64,000 bases of DNA from a virus (lineage: Duplodnaviria > Heunggongvirae > Uroviricota > Caudoviricetes), in the IMG/VR virus record IMGVR_UViG_3300030616_000569; one strand, given 5' to 3'. The position numbers and the translations under genes were made by a program. Under the pieces are notes generated by a model. That model was given only the letters and a program-made list of their open reading frames with translations. It made no database searches and was not told the DNA's origin. Numbering within the stretch: position 1 is the first letter of the stretch; the number at the start of each line of letters is the position of its first letter. Below are positions 30,162 through 38,475 of the stretch, piece after piece.

Positions 30162-31138
30162 AATTTCCAAACTTTGAACGTGAACGTGTAGACAAAAATA
30201 TCCCATTAAAAAAGACACCATTCACTACGAAACTATTTCATGAAGGTTGTATTAGCACATTGTATGGATTGCCAGAAAGTGGAAAAACTAACTTTATGGT
30301 ATTTCTTTCACAGTGTGCAGCAATGAATAAATTTAACATATTCACTGTGATACACTTTTTTGATATGTCACAAGTTGAAGAAGCAATACAAGAAAAATTG
30401 CTTCCACCTGGAATAAAATACATACCTGTTCCAAAAAGAATACACACAGTAAAAAAAGTGAGTGAGCTTATACTAGGTGTTTTGGATGGTACTAACAATG
30501 CTACGATTCTTGATGAAGCTGGTCTATTTGCATCTACACGTGCTCCAATGTCAAAAAAACTGAGATATATATTGAATCTATCGTATATTATACGTCACTT
30601 GAGATCTTCATTTGTTTATGTAACTCAAACTAAAAGATCTATTCCACCAGAGATGCGTGAGTCTCTTGTGACATATGAGATGAACATAAAGAAAACAACT
30701 GAAGAAATTAGGACACTCGTTATAAAGAAGAGAAAGACTTACCATGACATGCACGGAAATGACTATATAGATTTTGTTCCTATAGATACTGTTCATAGAT
30801 TGCCACTGACAGTTCTTCCTTGGGATGGACATTATATTCCTAAATTTGAATTTGATATAGATTTAGATAAGACATGGAATATTCTTGGTGATTACAATTC
30901 TTTAGATGTACGAAAAGTTGGAAGAAAGGTTGTCCAAGAAATGATAGATTCAAGTAAAGAAGAGGATAATACTAAAGAATCAGCAGAAACAAGAAGAATA
31001 CGTGCTAGAAAAAGATTTGAAGAGATGTATGAAGACGAAGAATTTGAAACAAGAAGTGAAGCAGTTACAAAGCTTTCGAAGGAATTTAATAGATCATACC
31101 AATGGGCTTATCAGCTTACAAAGGACATGTTTCTGTGA
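30155..31138 (+). CDS. P-loop NTPase (Walker A/B; RecA/FtsK-HerA-like, candidate packaging or DNA-processing ATPase)
   Basis: Walker A LYGLPESGKTNFMV, Walker B ATILDEAGLF; acidic/basic C-terminal tail. Confidence 0.55.
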   Translation: MVEFPNFERERVDKNIPLKKTPFTTKLFHEGCISTLYGLPESGKTNFMVFLSQCAAMNKFNIFTVIHFFDMSQVEEAIQEKLLPPGIKYIPVPKRIHTVKKVSELILGVLDGTNNATILDEAGLFASTRAPMSKKLRYILNLSYIIRHLRSSFVYVTQTKRSIPPEMRESLVTYEMNIKKTTEEIRTLVIKKRKTYHDMHGNDYIDFVPIDTVHRLPLTVLPWDGHYIPKFEFDIDLDKTWNILGDYNSLDVRKVGRKVVQEMIDSSKEEDNTKESAETRRIRARKRFEEMYEDEEFETRSEAVTKLSKEFNRSYQWAYQLTKDMFL

Positions 31139-31222
31139 TTTATATTTATTTTTTTAAAATGCAATTAGAGGATAGTTGGTTCAAAGGTTTCAAATTTTTG
31201 AAATAATTATAGGAGTAACAGC

Positions 31223-31366
31223 ATGTATATAAAACGATGTGGGACTTGCAGATTTTTTTCCATTCCAATTAAAAATGAGAAGTATGGTTGGTGTCAAATA
31301 CATAAGATTCAACGTTCAAAATTTCAGAAGCATTGTAGTCATTATATTGTGAAGGTGATAAAATAA
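31223..31366 (+). CDS. small Zn-binding protein (not in ORF track, <60 aa)
   Basis: AGGAG SD 8 nt upstream; CGTC...C..HC..H pattern, 47 aa. Confidence 0.3.
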   Translation: MYIKRCGTCRFFSIPIKNEKYGWCQIHKIQRSKFQKHCSHYIVKVIK

Positions 31367-31571
31367 ATAAAGGAAATATACTAATATTCATTGGCGTTAT
31401 ATTGATGCTCATTGCAATATTCATTGGTGTTGATTGGTCATTACCTACTGATTCATTCAGTGGTGACTCATTATATTTCTTCATTAGTATTATTAATATT
31501 ATTATATCAGGTTTTGCAATTTTTCTCGGTGTAGTATCTGGTATATTGATACAAAAAGGTGTGCATGAAAA

Positions 31572-32435
31572 ATGAATGTCATATCATTTATATTCACCAT
31601 CTCATTATTTGTTATATTGTTTATACTTAGAAAACCAATTATTGAAATTTTGAGGAAGAATGATATTGGTCTAGTCATACTAGATCACAAAGAGAAGTTA
31701 GTTATTATCACATGTGTTTCTTTTATATTATTTATATTATCAACCATTGTTGTGTCAATACCAATAGGAACAACTGGTGTTGTTGTCAATGGGTTTGGCA
31801 TTGGATCTACTATTGATCATGGCATACATGTGAAGAATATATTCGACGATGTGGATATTGTCCCTTGGTATAGTCAAACGATAGATATGAACATTCTAGT
31901 AAACTCAAATGATTCCATTCCAGTTAATATACGAGCTAATGTTGTATATAGAATAGAAAGAGGGAATATAGGAGAAACAAGGATAAAATATCCAAATTAC
32001 GAGAATATCATTGAGCAGAGCACAAGGAGTATTTCTAATGCATATGCATCTGAATATGACTCTCTTGAGTTGACTGGTGAAATGAAGATTGATTTTATAA
32101 ATAAGACAAAGAGTGATTTATCGGATCTATTATCTACAATGCATATAAATTTGGAGATATTGAATATAGAATCTATAAGTCTCCCAGATTCATATCAGAA
32201 TGCAATAATATCAGAGAAGTCCGCACAGAAGGAACGTGAGGCAATTGTATCAAAGGCATTGGCTGATGCTGAATCAATTGGTATAATTGACGAAAAATTA
32301 TCGAGTGTTTCTGAGTCATTTCTAAAGTGGTATTACATAAGTGCAATCATAGATGAAGATTCGAATGTTAATTGGATTTTACCATTTGGTAATTTTAATT
32401 TTGATTTAGGTGAAGATGTTAGAATCACGGAATAA
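31572..32435 (+). CDS. SPFH/band-7 (stomatin/prohibitin-like) membrane protein
   Basis: Two N-terminal TM helices; SPFH-like core (VYRIERGNIGETRIKY...ILNIESISLPDSYQNAIISEKSAQKEREAIVSKALADAESIG). Confidence 0.55.
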   Translation: MNVISFIFTISLFVILFILRKPIIEILRKNDIGLVILDHKEKLVIITCVSFILFILSTIVVSIPIGTTGVVVNGFGIGSTIDHGIHVKNIFDDVDIVPWYSQTIDMNILVNSNDSIPVNIRANVVYRIERGNIGETRIKYPNYENIIEQSTRSISNAYASEYDSLELTGEMKIDFINKTKSDLSDLLSTMHINLEILNIESISLPDSYQNAIISEKSAQKEREAIVSKALADAESIGIIDEKLSSVSESFLKWYYISAIIDEDSNVNWILPFGNFNFDLGEDVRITE

Positions 32436-32871
32436 AGATGGATTAGTATTCGGTGTTGTTGATATGACTGTCACACTGTTGGGTGTGATTATTGGGTTAT
32501 CTTTCTCATGTGATTATAATATTATTATAACTGCTGTTATTGTTACTGGTGTTGCTGATTCATTTGCAAATGCATCAGGTATCTTTGCAATTTCTAATGT
32601 AGATGACAAAAAAACAAATTATACATCTTCAATCTATTGTTTTATATCAACATTTCTGACAATGATTATTATATTGTTTCCTTTTTTTATCTATGATGTT
32701 TCACAGGCGATATATATTTCATCATTCATTTCAATAATTCTCCTTGTCATCCTTGGTTATTATGTCATGCCAAAAGATTATAAGTATAATTATTTGGTGC
32801 CTTTGAGATTTGTTGTCATTGCGTTAATAGTTTCTGCAATATCTTATGTGATTGGTTTTGTCTTTTTATAA
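32410..32871 (+). CDS. polytopic membrane protein
   Basis: 153 aa, 4-5 hydrophobic helices. Confidence 0.45.
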   Translation: MKMLESRNKDGLVFGVVDMTVTLLGVIIGLSFSCDYNIIITAVIVTGVADSFANASGIFAISNVDDKKTNYTSSIYCFISTFLTMIIILFPFFIYDVSQAIYISSFISIILLVILGYYVMPKDYKYNYLVPLRFVVIALIVSAISYVIGFVFL

Positions 32872-33003
32872 AAACAAAAAATTTAAGTACCAATATAAGA
32901 TACTTTTATATAAGTACACAAATCCACACAAAATCCATTGAAAATAGGATATGTTAGTATCAGATTCCATTAATTCTTGGTCGTGGCTCTTTGTGTACAT
33001 AAT

Positions 33004-33078
33004 AAAGAGTTGTTTTAGCTTGGTCTATTCTCCTGGACCCATAATCCAGGGACAGAGGTTCAAATCCTCTACTCTTTA
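33004..33078 (+). tRNA. degenerate tRNA-like element / possible tRNA pseudogene or att-site remnant
   Basis: Perfect 7-bp acceptor (AAAGAGT/ACTCTTT), canonical T-arm AGAGG-TTCAAAT-CCTCT, anticodon-like stem CCTGG/CCAGG, but 9-nt loop and extra nt between acceptor and D-stem. Confidence 0.3.
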
Positions 33079-33084
33079 TAAATC

Positions 33085-33216
33085 ATGATGGATTATTGTT
33101 TTAAATGTAATATGTATACAGAGTGTTTTTATATTACATTACCTGATGGTGATTATCCATATTGTAAACATTGTATAGATAGATACTCAAAGAAATGTTT
33201 TGAGTGTTTTCATTAA
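33085..33216 (+). CDS. small Zn-ribbon protein (not in ORF track)
   Basis: MMDYCFKCNMYTECF...CKHC...CFECFH, 43 aa. Confidence 0.3.
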   Translation: MMDYCFKCNMYTECFYITLPDGDYPYCKHCIDRYSKKCFECFH

Positions 33217-33290
33217 TTTTAAACAAAAACTTTAAATACTAACTTTTATATACTAAAGTTTACTTTAATAAAGTAAAGTAGGAATTAACA

Positions 33291-34475
33291 ATGAAAGAAT
33301 TAGGTGAATTTATAGACAAGATAGGAAATGAGTATGAACTTGGTGATCCATGGAAGTTCTCTAAGAAATCTATTGGTGTTATTGTTCCAATTATAACCAA
33401 AAATCAATTACGACGTGATTATATAACATATCCAGAAGTGAAAGATGATGTTAATGTTATCGATTCTGGAAGTATTGATAAATTGAAGATAGATGGTATA
33501 GACAAAAGTGTGTTTATAAAAGGTGGTACAATTTTTTCAGGTGTTGGTACACAGAGTAGAAGTATTGAACACTCGATTGTTTTAGATCCAAACTCTAAAA
33601 TTGATATAGATGTAAAATGTGTTCATGCTTCACATGGAATTCATCATGGATCAAGATTTGAATATAAAGGTGTTTCACCAAGAGTTGTTAGGTCAGCACT
33701 CAGTAACCCTAACTCTTATGGGAAACAGTCTAGTGTATGGAATAGTGTGAGTTCATATAATCTGTGTTCTAGAAATATGACTGGTCATGTTGGTAATAGA
33801 GTAGAAAGTGAAATAAGAAATGATGATCTTGTTGGTGTTCGTAATGCATCAAAGAGATTGGGATCAAAAATTGAAGATATATTAAATGAGGTTCCTGTAT
33901 TTGAGAATCAAATTGGTGCAATTATAATAGGATCAAATGGAATTGAAGGAATCGAAATGTTTGATCATCAGGATTCATGGAAGGCACAATATAAAGATGT
34001 GATTGAGTCCTATGATGATGTTTTCAATGATGAACAAAGTCTCTTTTCGATTGATGAGACAAAGATAAATGATTTTATTATTGGGTTTATTAATAAGATA
34101 AAGAAATCAGATTCTACAAATGTTGGAAATAATTGTTTTGTGATCAAATTCAAAGGGTATATTGGTGAGTATGTTATTCACAATAACCGTATAATTCATC
34201 TGTTTGTTATGAAGTATGATGAACCAACAAAAAATGATCAACAGTCTCTTCAATATCAATCATTTGGTCATCGTCCATCTGGACTCGATCATATTGTTGG
34301 ATCACTTAACAATGGTCCAAAAACATGGAGTGAATTATTTGAGTCGTCTAAAGTTAGCACATCTACACTTTCTTCTCGGTTGAAAGAACTTGAGAAAAAT
34401 GGTTTTGTAAAAAGAACACTAAGAAAAAATGGGTCAAAAACAAAGAATGTTTATAAATTGAATGATATAAAATAG
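33291..34475 (+). CDS. protein with C-terminal winged-helix HTH (putative transcription regulator)
   Basis: C-terminal GPKTWSELFESSKVSTSTLSSRLKELEKNGFVKR typical wHTH; N-terminal 300 aa unknown. Confidence 0.5.
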   Translation: MKELGEFIDKIGNEYELGDPWKFSKKSIGVIVPIITKNQLRRDYITYPEVKDDVNVIDSGSIDKLKIDGIDKSVFIKGGTIFSGVGTQSRSIEHSIVLDPNSKIDIDVKCVHASHGIHHGSRFEYKGVSPRVVRSALSNPNSYGKQSSVWNSVSSYNLCSRNMTGHVGNRVESEIRNDDLVGVRNASKRLGSKIEDILNEVPVFENQIGAIIIGSNGIEGIEMFDHQDSWKAQYKDVIESYDDVFNDEQSLFSIDETKINDFIIGFINKIKKSDSTNVGNNCFVIKFKGYIGEYVIHNNRIIHLFVMKYDEPTKNDQQSLQYQSFGHRPSGLDHIVGSLNNGPKTWSELFESSKVSTSTLSSRLKELEKNGFVKRTLRKNGSKTKNVYKLNDIK

Positions 34476-34644
34476 TAAAATTTAAATACTAATATGACAT
34501 ACTATATACGATGTTATATGGGCGGACTTTGTTCGCCTCCATTGCATCCCCTAATGTGATTACTATGACACTATCGTGTTTATCAAGTTTGCTCAGTTCC
34601 TGAGCATGCATTTGCCTTTAGTGTCACCTCTTTTTTGTCTTATT

Positions 34645-34779
34645 ACCGATGTGCCTGAGTGGATTATGGACCAGACTTAAATTTTTTGACTATTATCGAT
34701 TTAAGGGTTAAACTCAAAATCCATTGATGAGATATCTGGGTGGGCAGCCACAACGTCGGTTCGAATCCGACCATCGGTA
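34645..34779 (+). tRNA. tRNA-Leu(TAA) with 52-nt archaeal-type intron (34682-34733) at 37/38
   Basis: Acceptor ACCGATG/CATCGGT; anticodon stem CCAGA/TCTGG with loop CT-TAA-A|intron|A; 15-nt extra arm; T-arm GTCGG-TTCGAAT-CCGAC; no encoded CCA. Confidence 0.6.
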
Positions 34780-34782
34780 TTT

Positions 34783-34867
34783 GCCAGTGTAGTCAAGTGG
34801 ACGATGACGGTATGTTTAGAACTTACTTTCCGAAGGGAACGCACAGGTTCGAATCCTGTCGCTGGCA
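34783..34867 (+). tRNA. tRNA-Leu(TAG)
   Basis: Acceptor GCCAGTG/CGCTGGC, D-stem GTCA/TGAC, loop TT-TAG-AA, long extra arm, T-arm ACAGG-TTCGAAT-CCTGT. Confidence 0.7.
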
Positions 34868-34871
34868 CTAT

Positions 34872-34956
34872 GTCCATATGTCGGAGTGGTTTAACGAACT
34901 TGGTTGCTAACCAAGTTGATGGAGACATCACTCAGGTTCGAATCCTGATATGGACG
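34872..34956 (+). tRNA. tRNA-Ser(GCT)
   Basis: Acceptor GTCCATA/TATGGAC, anticodon stem CTTGG/CCAAG loop TT-GCT-AA, 16-nt extra arm, T-arm TCAGG-TTCGAAT-CCTGA. Confidence 0.75.
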
Positions 34957-34962
34957 TCATTT

Positions 34963-35046
34963 GCTGGTGTGCCAGAATGGGATTGGCACGGTCTTGAAAA
35001 CCGTTGGCTCTGTTAAGAGATGCAGGTTCGAATCCTGTCATCAGCG
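34963..35046 (+). tRNA. tRNA-Ser(TGA)
   Basis: Acceptor GCTGGTG/CATCAGC, D-stem CCAG/TTGG, anticodon stem ACGGT/ACCGT loop CT-TGA-AA, 17-nt extra arm; followed by T6 tract. Confidence 0.75.
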
Positions 35047-35270
35047 TACAGAACGTGTTTTTTCTATCTTTAAAAACCATAAAGTTTTTATACCCTTAAC
35101 ATATATTATATTTAGATGACTATGTATAATAAACGTAATCAATGGCATTGTGCACCATATCCAACCTTTATAGGTGTGGATAGAGCCACAATTGTCGAGT
35201 GATTATGATGGTCGTCTCTTGTTTTTGTGATTGTCTATCTCCTTCAATGGGAGACGATGCATTGTTTGTT

Positions 35271-35343
35271 TGCTCTCATAGTGTAGCCAGGAATCATCTC
35301 TGACTGTCTATCAGTGGACTGGGGTTCAAATCCCCATGAGAGC
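35271..35343 (+). tRNA. tRNA-Asp(GTC)
   Basis: Acceptor GCTCTCA/TGAGAGC, anticodon loop CT-GTC-TA, T-arm TGGGG-TTCAAAT-CCCCA. Confidence 0.65.
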
Positions 35344-35348
35344 GTAAG

Positions 35349-35702
35349 GTGAAAGAGCCTATGAAAAAATATGTAAAAAATATAATTGATCTAAAAGAAC
35401 AGAAAACGATAACGTATAGTTTGGAAAATAAAAAAGAAGAATACAAGTTGATCATAACATTTGACCATAAACCAAATATTGTCGGTCCAAGAAGTGAATA
35501 CAATGGTCTTCCAATATGGATTGGTAAAACAATCGCAACTGCTAAATTCGATGGTAAAACAATTAAAAAAGAAGCATTCTGTTGGTTAAATGAACCATTC
35601 CAATATGAGCAAGCAAGAGTTGTTTGTGCAGGAAGAATCCTCAAAGCTGCAAAACTTCCAACAGCACTATCTGAACAAGTGAAGGACAAACCCCTTCACT
35701 GA
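35349..35702 (+). CDS. hypothetical protein
   Basis: 117-aa ORF right after tRNA-Asp (ATG at 35361 also possible); antisense ORF 35294..35689 considered a shadow. Confidence 0.4.
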   Translation: MKEPMKKYVKNIIDLKEQKTITYSLENKKEEYKLIITFDHKPNIVGPRSEYNGLPIWIGKTIATAKFDGKTIKKEAFCWLNEPFQYEQARVVCAGRILKAAKLPTALSEQVKDKPLH

Positions 35703-35706
35703 TTCT

Positions 35707-35837
35707 GTTCCTGTGGTCTAGTGGCCAATGATTTCTGGCTTTCACAAAGAGAGTGGGGTAGCGTGCACACAATCAGAAAGCTATACCCTGCTTTGAAGTT
35801 ACCAGGAGATCGGTGGGTTCGAATCCCCCCAGGAACA
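35707..35837 (+). tRNA. tRNA-Glu(TTC) with 56-nt intron (35745-35800) at 37/38
   Basis: Acceptor GTTCCTG/CAGGAAC; anticodon stem TCTGG/CCAGG; loop CT-TTC-A|intron|A; intron end GAAG pairs loop TTTC (BHB-like); T-arm GTGGG-TTCGAAT-CCCCC. Confidence 0.65.
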
Positions 35838-35847
35838 CTATGTAACT

Positions 35848-36063
35848 ATGTCAAGAACGTATAGATTAAAAAAATATGAAAACGGAAAGCCGATATACAC
35901 AAGACATGAGAATAAGTATCCACCATATAGATGGTATAGACATGAATTCTCAGAAGTTCGAAGAAGTATTTACCGATCATATAGAATGAAACAAAAACAG
36001 TATTTCAAGAGATTCGGTGAATATTTACCATTCAATCCAACAAATGGTTGGGAGACATGGTAG
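35848..36063 (+). CDS. small basic Tyr/Arg-rich protein
   Basis: 71-aa ORF ending at the G-1 of tRNA-His. Confidence 0.4.
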   Translation: MSRTYRLKKYENGKPIYTRHENKYPPYRWYRHEFSEVRRSIYRSYRMKQKQYFKRFGEYLPFNPTNGWETW

Positions 36064-36132
36064 AGGTGGTGTAATTGGCAAGCATTGCAGACTGTGACTT
36101 TGTAGGAGTGGTTTCGAGTACCGCCCTCTACC
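36059..36132 (+). tRNA. tRNA-His(GTG) with encoded G-1:C73
   Basis: G-1 + acceptor GTAGAGG/CCTCTAC + discriminator C; anticodon loop CT-GTG-AC; T-arm GTGGT-TTCGAGT-ACCGC. Confidence 0.7.
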
Positions 36133-36136
36133 CTTT

Positions 36137-36209
36137 GTGTCAGTAGAACAATTGGGAGTTCGCCATCCTGAAGAGGTGGATATTGTCGGTTCAAGTCCGA
36201 TCTGACACA
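36137..36209 (+). tRNA. tRNA-Phe(GAA)
   Basis: Acceptor GTGTCAG/CTGACAC, D-stem GAAC/GTTC, anticodon stem CCATC/GGTGG loop CT-GAA-GA, T-arm GTCGG-TTCAAGT-CCGAT. Confidence 0.75.
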
Positions 36210-36211
36210 CT

Positions 36212-36715
36212 ATGAAAGTAACGTTACATGTGCCTAGAAAGGAGAGTAAATATATGCTAATATCATTCATAGAGCGTGAATTAACACAAGCTCGTAATAT
36301 TAGGTCAAAAGAAACGAGAGAGTCTACATTGTCCGCATTAGAGATGATAAAAAAGAATCTTATTCAACATGGTAGTGGCAAAGCATACAACTGTGATGGC
36401 GAATCAATAAATGTGTATGATTATGAAGGAAACACAAAGACATATTACTGTGGAAATAAGTATATAAGTCACAATATACCAGAGAAATATAGATGACTGC
36501 TCGTTTGTTTTGATGCAAATGATTTGTATGTCGGTGAATCAAACATGAAGATAGTGAGATTAATACTCCATAAAGAAAGTCACGTTCCAAGAAAACATGG
36601 AAAAGGTGGCCAATCACAAAGAAGATTTGAGCGTGGTAGATTAGAATCACTAAAACATTGGTTTAAAACAGTAGCAGAAATAACATACGAGACACATAAT
36701 GACAAACTGATATGA
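36212..36715 (+). CDS. miniature aRF1/eRF1-like release factor (N-domain + GGQ motif), interrupted by one in-frame TGA at 36494-36496 (pseudogene or programmed readthrough)
   Basis: Part 1 (36212-36493): ARNIRSKETRESTLSALEMI and YYCGNKY align to eRF1 TASNIKSRVNRLSVLGAI and YLCDNKF. Part 2 (36497-36715, same frame): VPRKHGKGGQSQRRFERGRLESLKHWFKTVAE aligns to [32 protein letters not shown]. Alignment is continuous across the TGA; C-terminal domain absent (~167 aa vs ~410). Confidence 0.6.
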
Positions 36716-36842
36716 CTAGGGTGTAACTCTATTTACAAATCTCAGATCATGAAGTATATGAGTAATGAACTCAGAATAACGTGGAAACAATCTGTTTCCA
36801 TTGATGATAATTGCCTTTGGCAACTTGCTGGAATATCTAGAA

Positions 36843-36916
36843 GCACAGATAGCACAATCTGGTAGTGCATCACGTTTACACCGTGACGGTTGTCGGTTCG
36901 AATCCGTCTCTGTGCA
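36843..36916 (+). tRNA. tRNA-Val(TAC)
   Basis: Acceptor GCACAGA/TCTGTGC, D-stem GCAC/GTGC, anticodon stem TCACG/CGTGA loop TT-TAC-AC, T-arm with TTCGAAT. Confidence 0.75.
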
Positions 36917-36919
36917 TTT

Positions 36920-36991
36920 GCCGTTGTGACGGAGTGGTAACGTCTCTGGCTGCAAACCAGATGTTCGCCTGTTCAATTCAGGTCGACGGCT
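36920..36991 (+). tRNA. tRNA-Cys(GCA)
   Basis: Acceptor GCCGTTG/CGACGGC, anticodon stem TCTGG/CCAGA loop CT-GCA-AA, T-arm GCCTG-TTCAATT-CAGGT. Confidence 0.7.
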
Positions 36992-36993
36992 CT

Positions 36994-37104
36994 ATGAAAT
37001 GTCTAAAATGTAATAACACATGGAAAAGGACAAAAGTTAGTGAGTATATATCATTCGCTTCAAAGTGTCCAAAATGTGGATCAAGATCATTGCTAAGGTA
37101 TTAA
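36994..37104 (+). CDS. small Zn-ribbon protein
   Basis: MKCLKCNNTW...CPKCGS (CxxC..CxxC), 36 aa, starts 3 nt after tRNA-Cys; upstream part of track ORF 36865..37104 overlaps tRNAs and is rejected. Confidence 0.35.
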   Translation: MKCLKCNNTWKRTKVSEYISFASKCPKCGSRSLLRY

Positions 37105-37105
37105 T

Positions 37106-37180
37106 GGATCTTTAGCTCAGTCAGGTCAGAGTTGCAGACTCTTAATCTGTTAGTCACGGGTTCGAATCCCGTAAGATCCT
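37106..37180 (+). tRNA. tRNA-Lys(CTT)
   Basis: Acceptor GGATCTT/AAGATCC, D-stem GCTC/GAGT, anticodon loop CT-CTT-AA, T-arm ACGGG-TTCGAAT-CCCGT. Confidence 0.75.
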
Positions 37181-37187
37181 CTTATAT

Positions 37188-37261
37188 GAATCTGTAGCTC
37201 AGCTAGGTAGAGTACTCGGCTTTTAACCGAGTGTGCAGGGGTTCGATTCCCCTCAGATTCG
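37188..37261 (+). tRNA. tRNA-Lys(TTT)
   Basis: Acceptor GAATCTG/CAGATTC, anticodon stem CTCGG/CCGAG loop CT-TTT-AA, T-arm AGGGG-TTCGATT-CCCCT. Confidence 0.75.
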
Positions 37262-37267
37262 TTTAGT

Positions 37268-37343
37268 GGTGCTGTAGCTGAGTCTGGTCTAAAGCAGACG
37301 GCTGTTAACCGTCCGACCATCGGTTCGAATCCGATCGGCACCG
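37268..37343 (+). tRNA. tRNA-Asn(GTT)
   Basis: Acceptor GGTGCTG/CGGCACC, anticodon stem GACGG/CCGTC loop CT-GTT-AA, T-arm ATCGG-TTCGAAT-CCGAT. Confidence 0.75.
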
Positions 37344-37344
37344 T

Positions 37345-37572
37345 ATGAGTCAAATACCAGAAAATGTAAAAGAAGAGTCTATCAGAATTAAAAAAGATCT
37401 TTCAATGATAGAAAAAGGGTTTCGAAGATGCCCAGAATGTAATAAATGGGTGAAGATGAAACATCATCACAATGTGAATGGTATCATTATGAATCCATTC
37501 AAAGATAATGGTATTCGCAATGTTGTTGATTATGAATGTGAATGTGGACACAAATGGACAAATAGATACTAA
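37345..37572 (+). CDS. small Zn-ribbon protein
   Basis: CPECNKW...CECGHKW, 75 aa, between tRNA-Asn and tRNA-Ala. Confidence 0.45.
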   Translation: MSQIPENVKEESIRIKKDLSMIEKGFRRCPECNKWVKMKHHHNVNGIIMNPFKDNGIRNVVDYECECGHKWTNRY

Positions 37573-37574
37573 AT

Positions 37575-37648
37575 GTGCCTGTAAGTCAGCCTGGAAGACT
37601 ACCTCATTTGCAATGAGAAAGCCATGGGTTCAAATCCCATCAGGTACA
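37575..37648 (+). tRNA. tRNA-Ala(TGC) with G3:U70
   Basis: Acceptor GTGCCTG/CAGGTAC gives G3:U70 identity pair; D-stem AGTC/GACT; anticodon loop TT-TGC-AA; T-arm ATGGG-TTCAAAT-CCCAT. Confidence 0.75.
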
Positions 37649-37764
37649 CTATGACGAAAATATATGATAAAGAATTAAAGAAGTTCAGATCTTTGCGAGA
37701 AGGTGAAGATCCATCTATTACATGGGCAGAAGCAATGTCTCGTGGTGGAAGAAAGTATTAAATT

Positions 37765-37890
37765 GGGACTTTGACCAAGAGGTAAGGTGCTCGGCTCATA
37801 TCTGTGTGTCTGAGATTAATCCGTGTGTGGTTACTTAATTTACACAGTGAGAAACCGAGTTATGCACAGGTTCGATCCCTGTAAGTCCCA
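37765..37890 (+). tRNA. tRNA-Met(CAT), elongator type (G1:C72), with 53-nt intron (37801-37853) at 37/38
   Basis: Acceptor GGGACTT/AAGTCCC; anticodon stem CTCGG/CCGAG; loop CT-CAT-A|intron|A; T-arm ACAGG-TTCGATC-CCTGT. Confidence 0.65.
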
Positions 37891-38080
37891 CTATGGAGAA
37901 TATAGTACATGTTCAGTGGATTGGTTCAGTTGATGGATTAACCAATGAAGAAATAAAAAAGAATGCAATAAAGAAGATTCTAGATGAAGGATATTGGGAA
38001 ATAAATGATGAAAGTGTATGATATATATGTGATCAAATGATAATGTCAATACTAATATTAAATGATAAATACAGAAAATT

Positions 38081-38155
38081 GGTTGTGTAACACAGTCTGG
38101 TTAGTGTGCATGTCTGATAAGCATGTGGTCGTTGGTTCGAATCCAGCCACAACCA
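38081..38155 (+). tRNA. tRNA-Ile(GAT)
   Basis: Acceptor GGTTGTG/CACAACC, D-stem ACAC/GTGT, anticodon stem CATGT/GCATG loop CT-GAT-AA, T-arm GTTGG-TTCGAAT-CCAGC. Confidence 0.75.
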
Positions 38156-38157
38156 CT

Positions 38158-38319
38158 ATGAAAACAACATATAACATTGATGGAACTATTACGATCGATA
38201 TGTATAGAGACTTCAAGAAATTCCTCTGGAAATCTCGTTTCATGATGTGGCGACTTTCAATAGATAGAGATTTCACCATTAAAGAGAAGATAAAAATATT
38301 TATTACAGGAAGGATATAA
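38158..38319 (+). CDS. small hypothetical protein
   Basis: 53-aa ORF beginning right after tRNA-Ile (track ORF 38062..38319 trimmed to first ATG outside the tRNA). Confidence 0.3.
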   Translation: MKTTYNIDGTITIDMYRDFKKFLWKSRFMMWRLSIDRDFTIKEKIKIFITGRI

Positions 38320-38475
38320 ATGGTAACTGAAAATATTAGAGATATGAGTAATTGGGAATATGCATGGCGACATAACAAGCCTCAGTATAAGTGTGTCACA
38401 TGTGGTCATATTCAAGATCATGATGGTGGTCCAACTGGGAGATGTGACAATTGTCACAGAGAGTGGAAGAAATGA
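38320..38475 (+). CDS. small Zn-ribbon protein (not in ORF track)
   Basis: CVTCGH...CDNCH, 51 aa; its TGA overlaps ATG 38472 of next gene. Confidence 0.3.
   Translation: MVTENIRDMSNWEYAWRHNKPQYKCVTCGHIQDHDGGPTGRCDNCHREWKK

Noticed and set aside
34682-34733. Possible C/D-box sRNA inside the tRNA-Leu(TAA) intron (UGAUGA at 34725-34730)
   Set aside because: The C-box-like hexamer is at the 3' end of the intron and no properly placed D box (CUGA) or C'/D' pair was found; likely just BHB-helix sequence
34701-35016. ORFs 34701..34931 (-) and 34804..35016 (+); likewise 36716..36976 (-), 36865..36993 (+ upstream part), 37150..37353 (-), 38058..38378 (-), 38062..38157 (+ part), 39147..39380 (-)
   Set aside because: They overlap well-formed tRNA genes; translation products are tRNA-sequence artefacts
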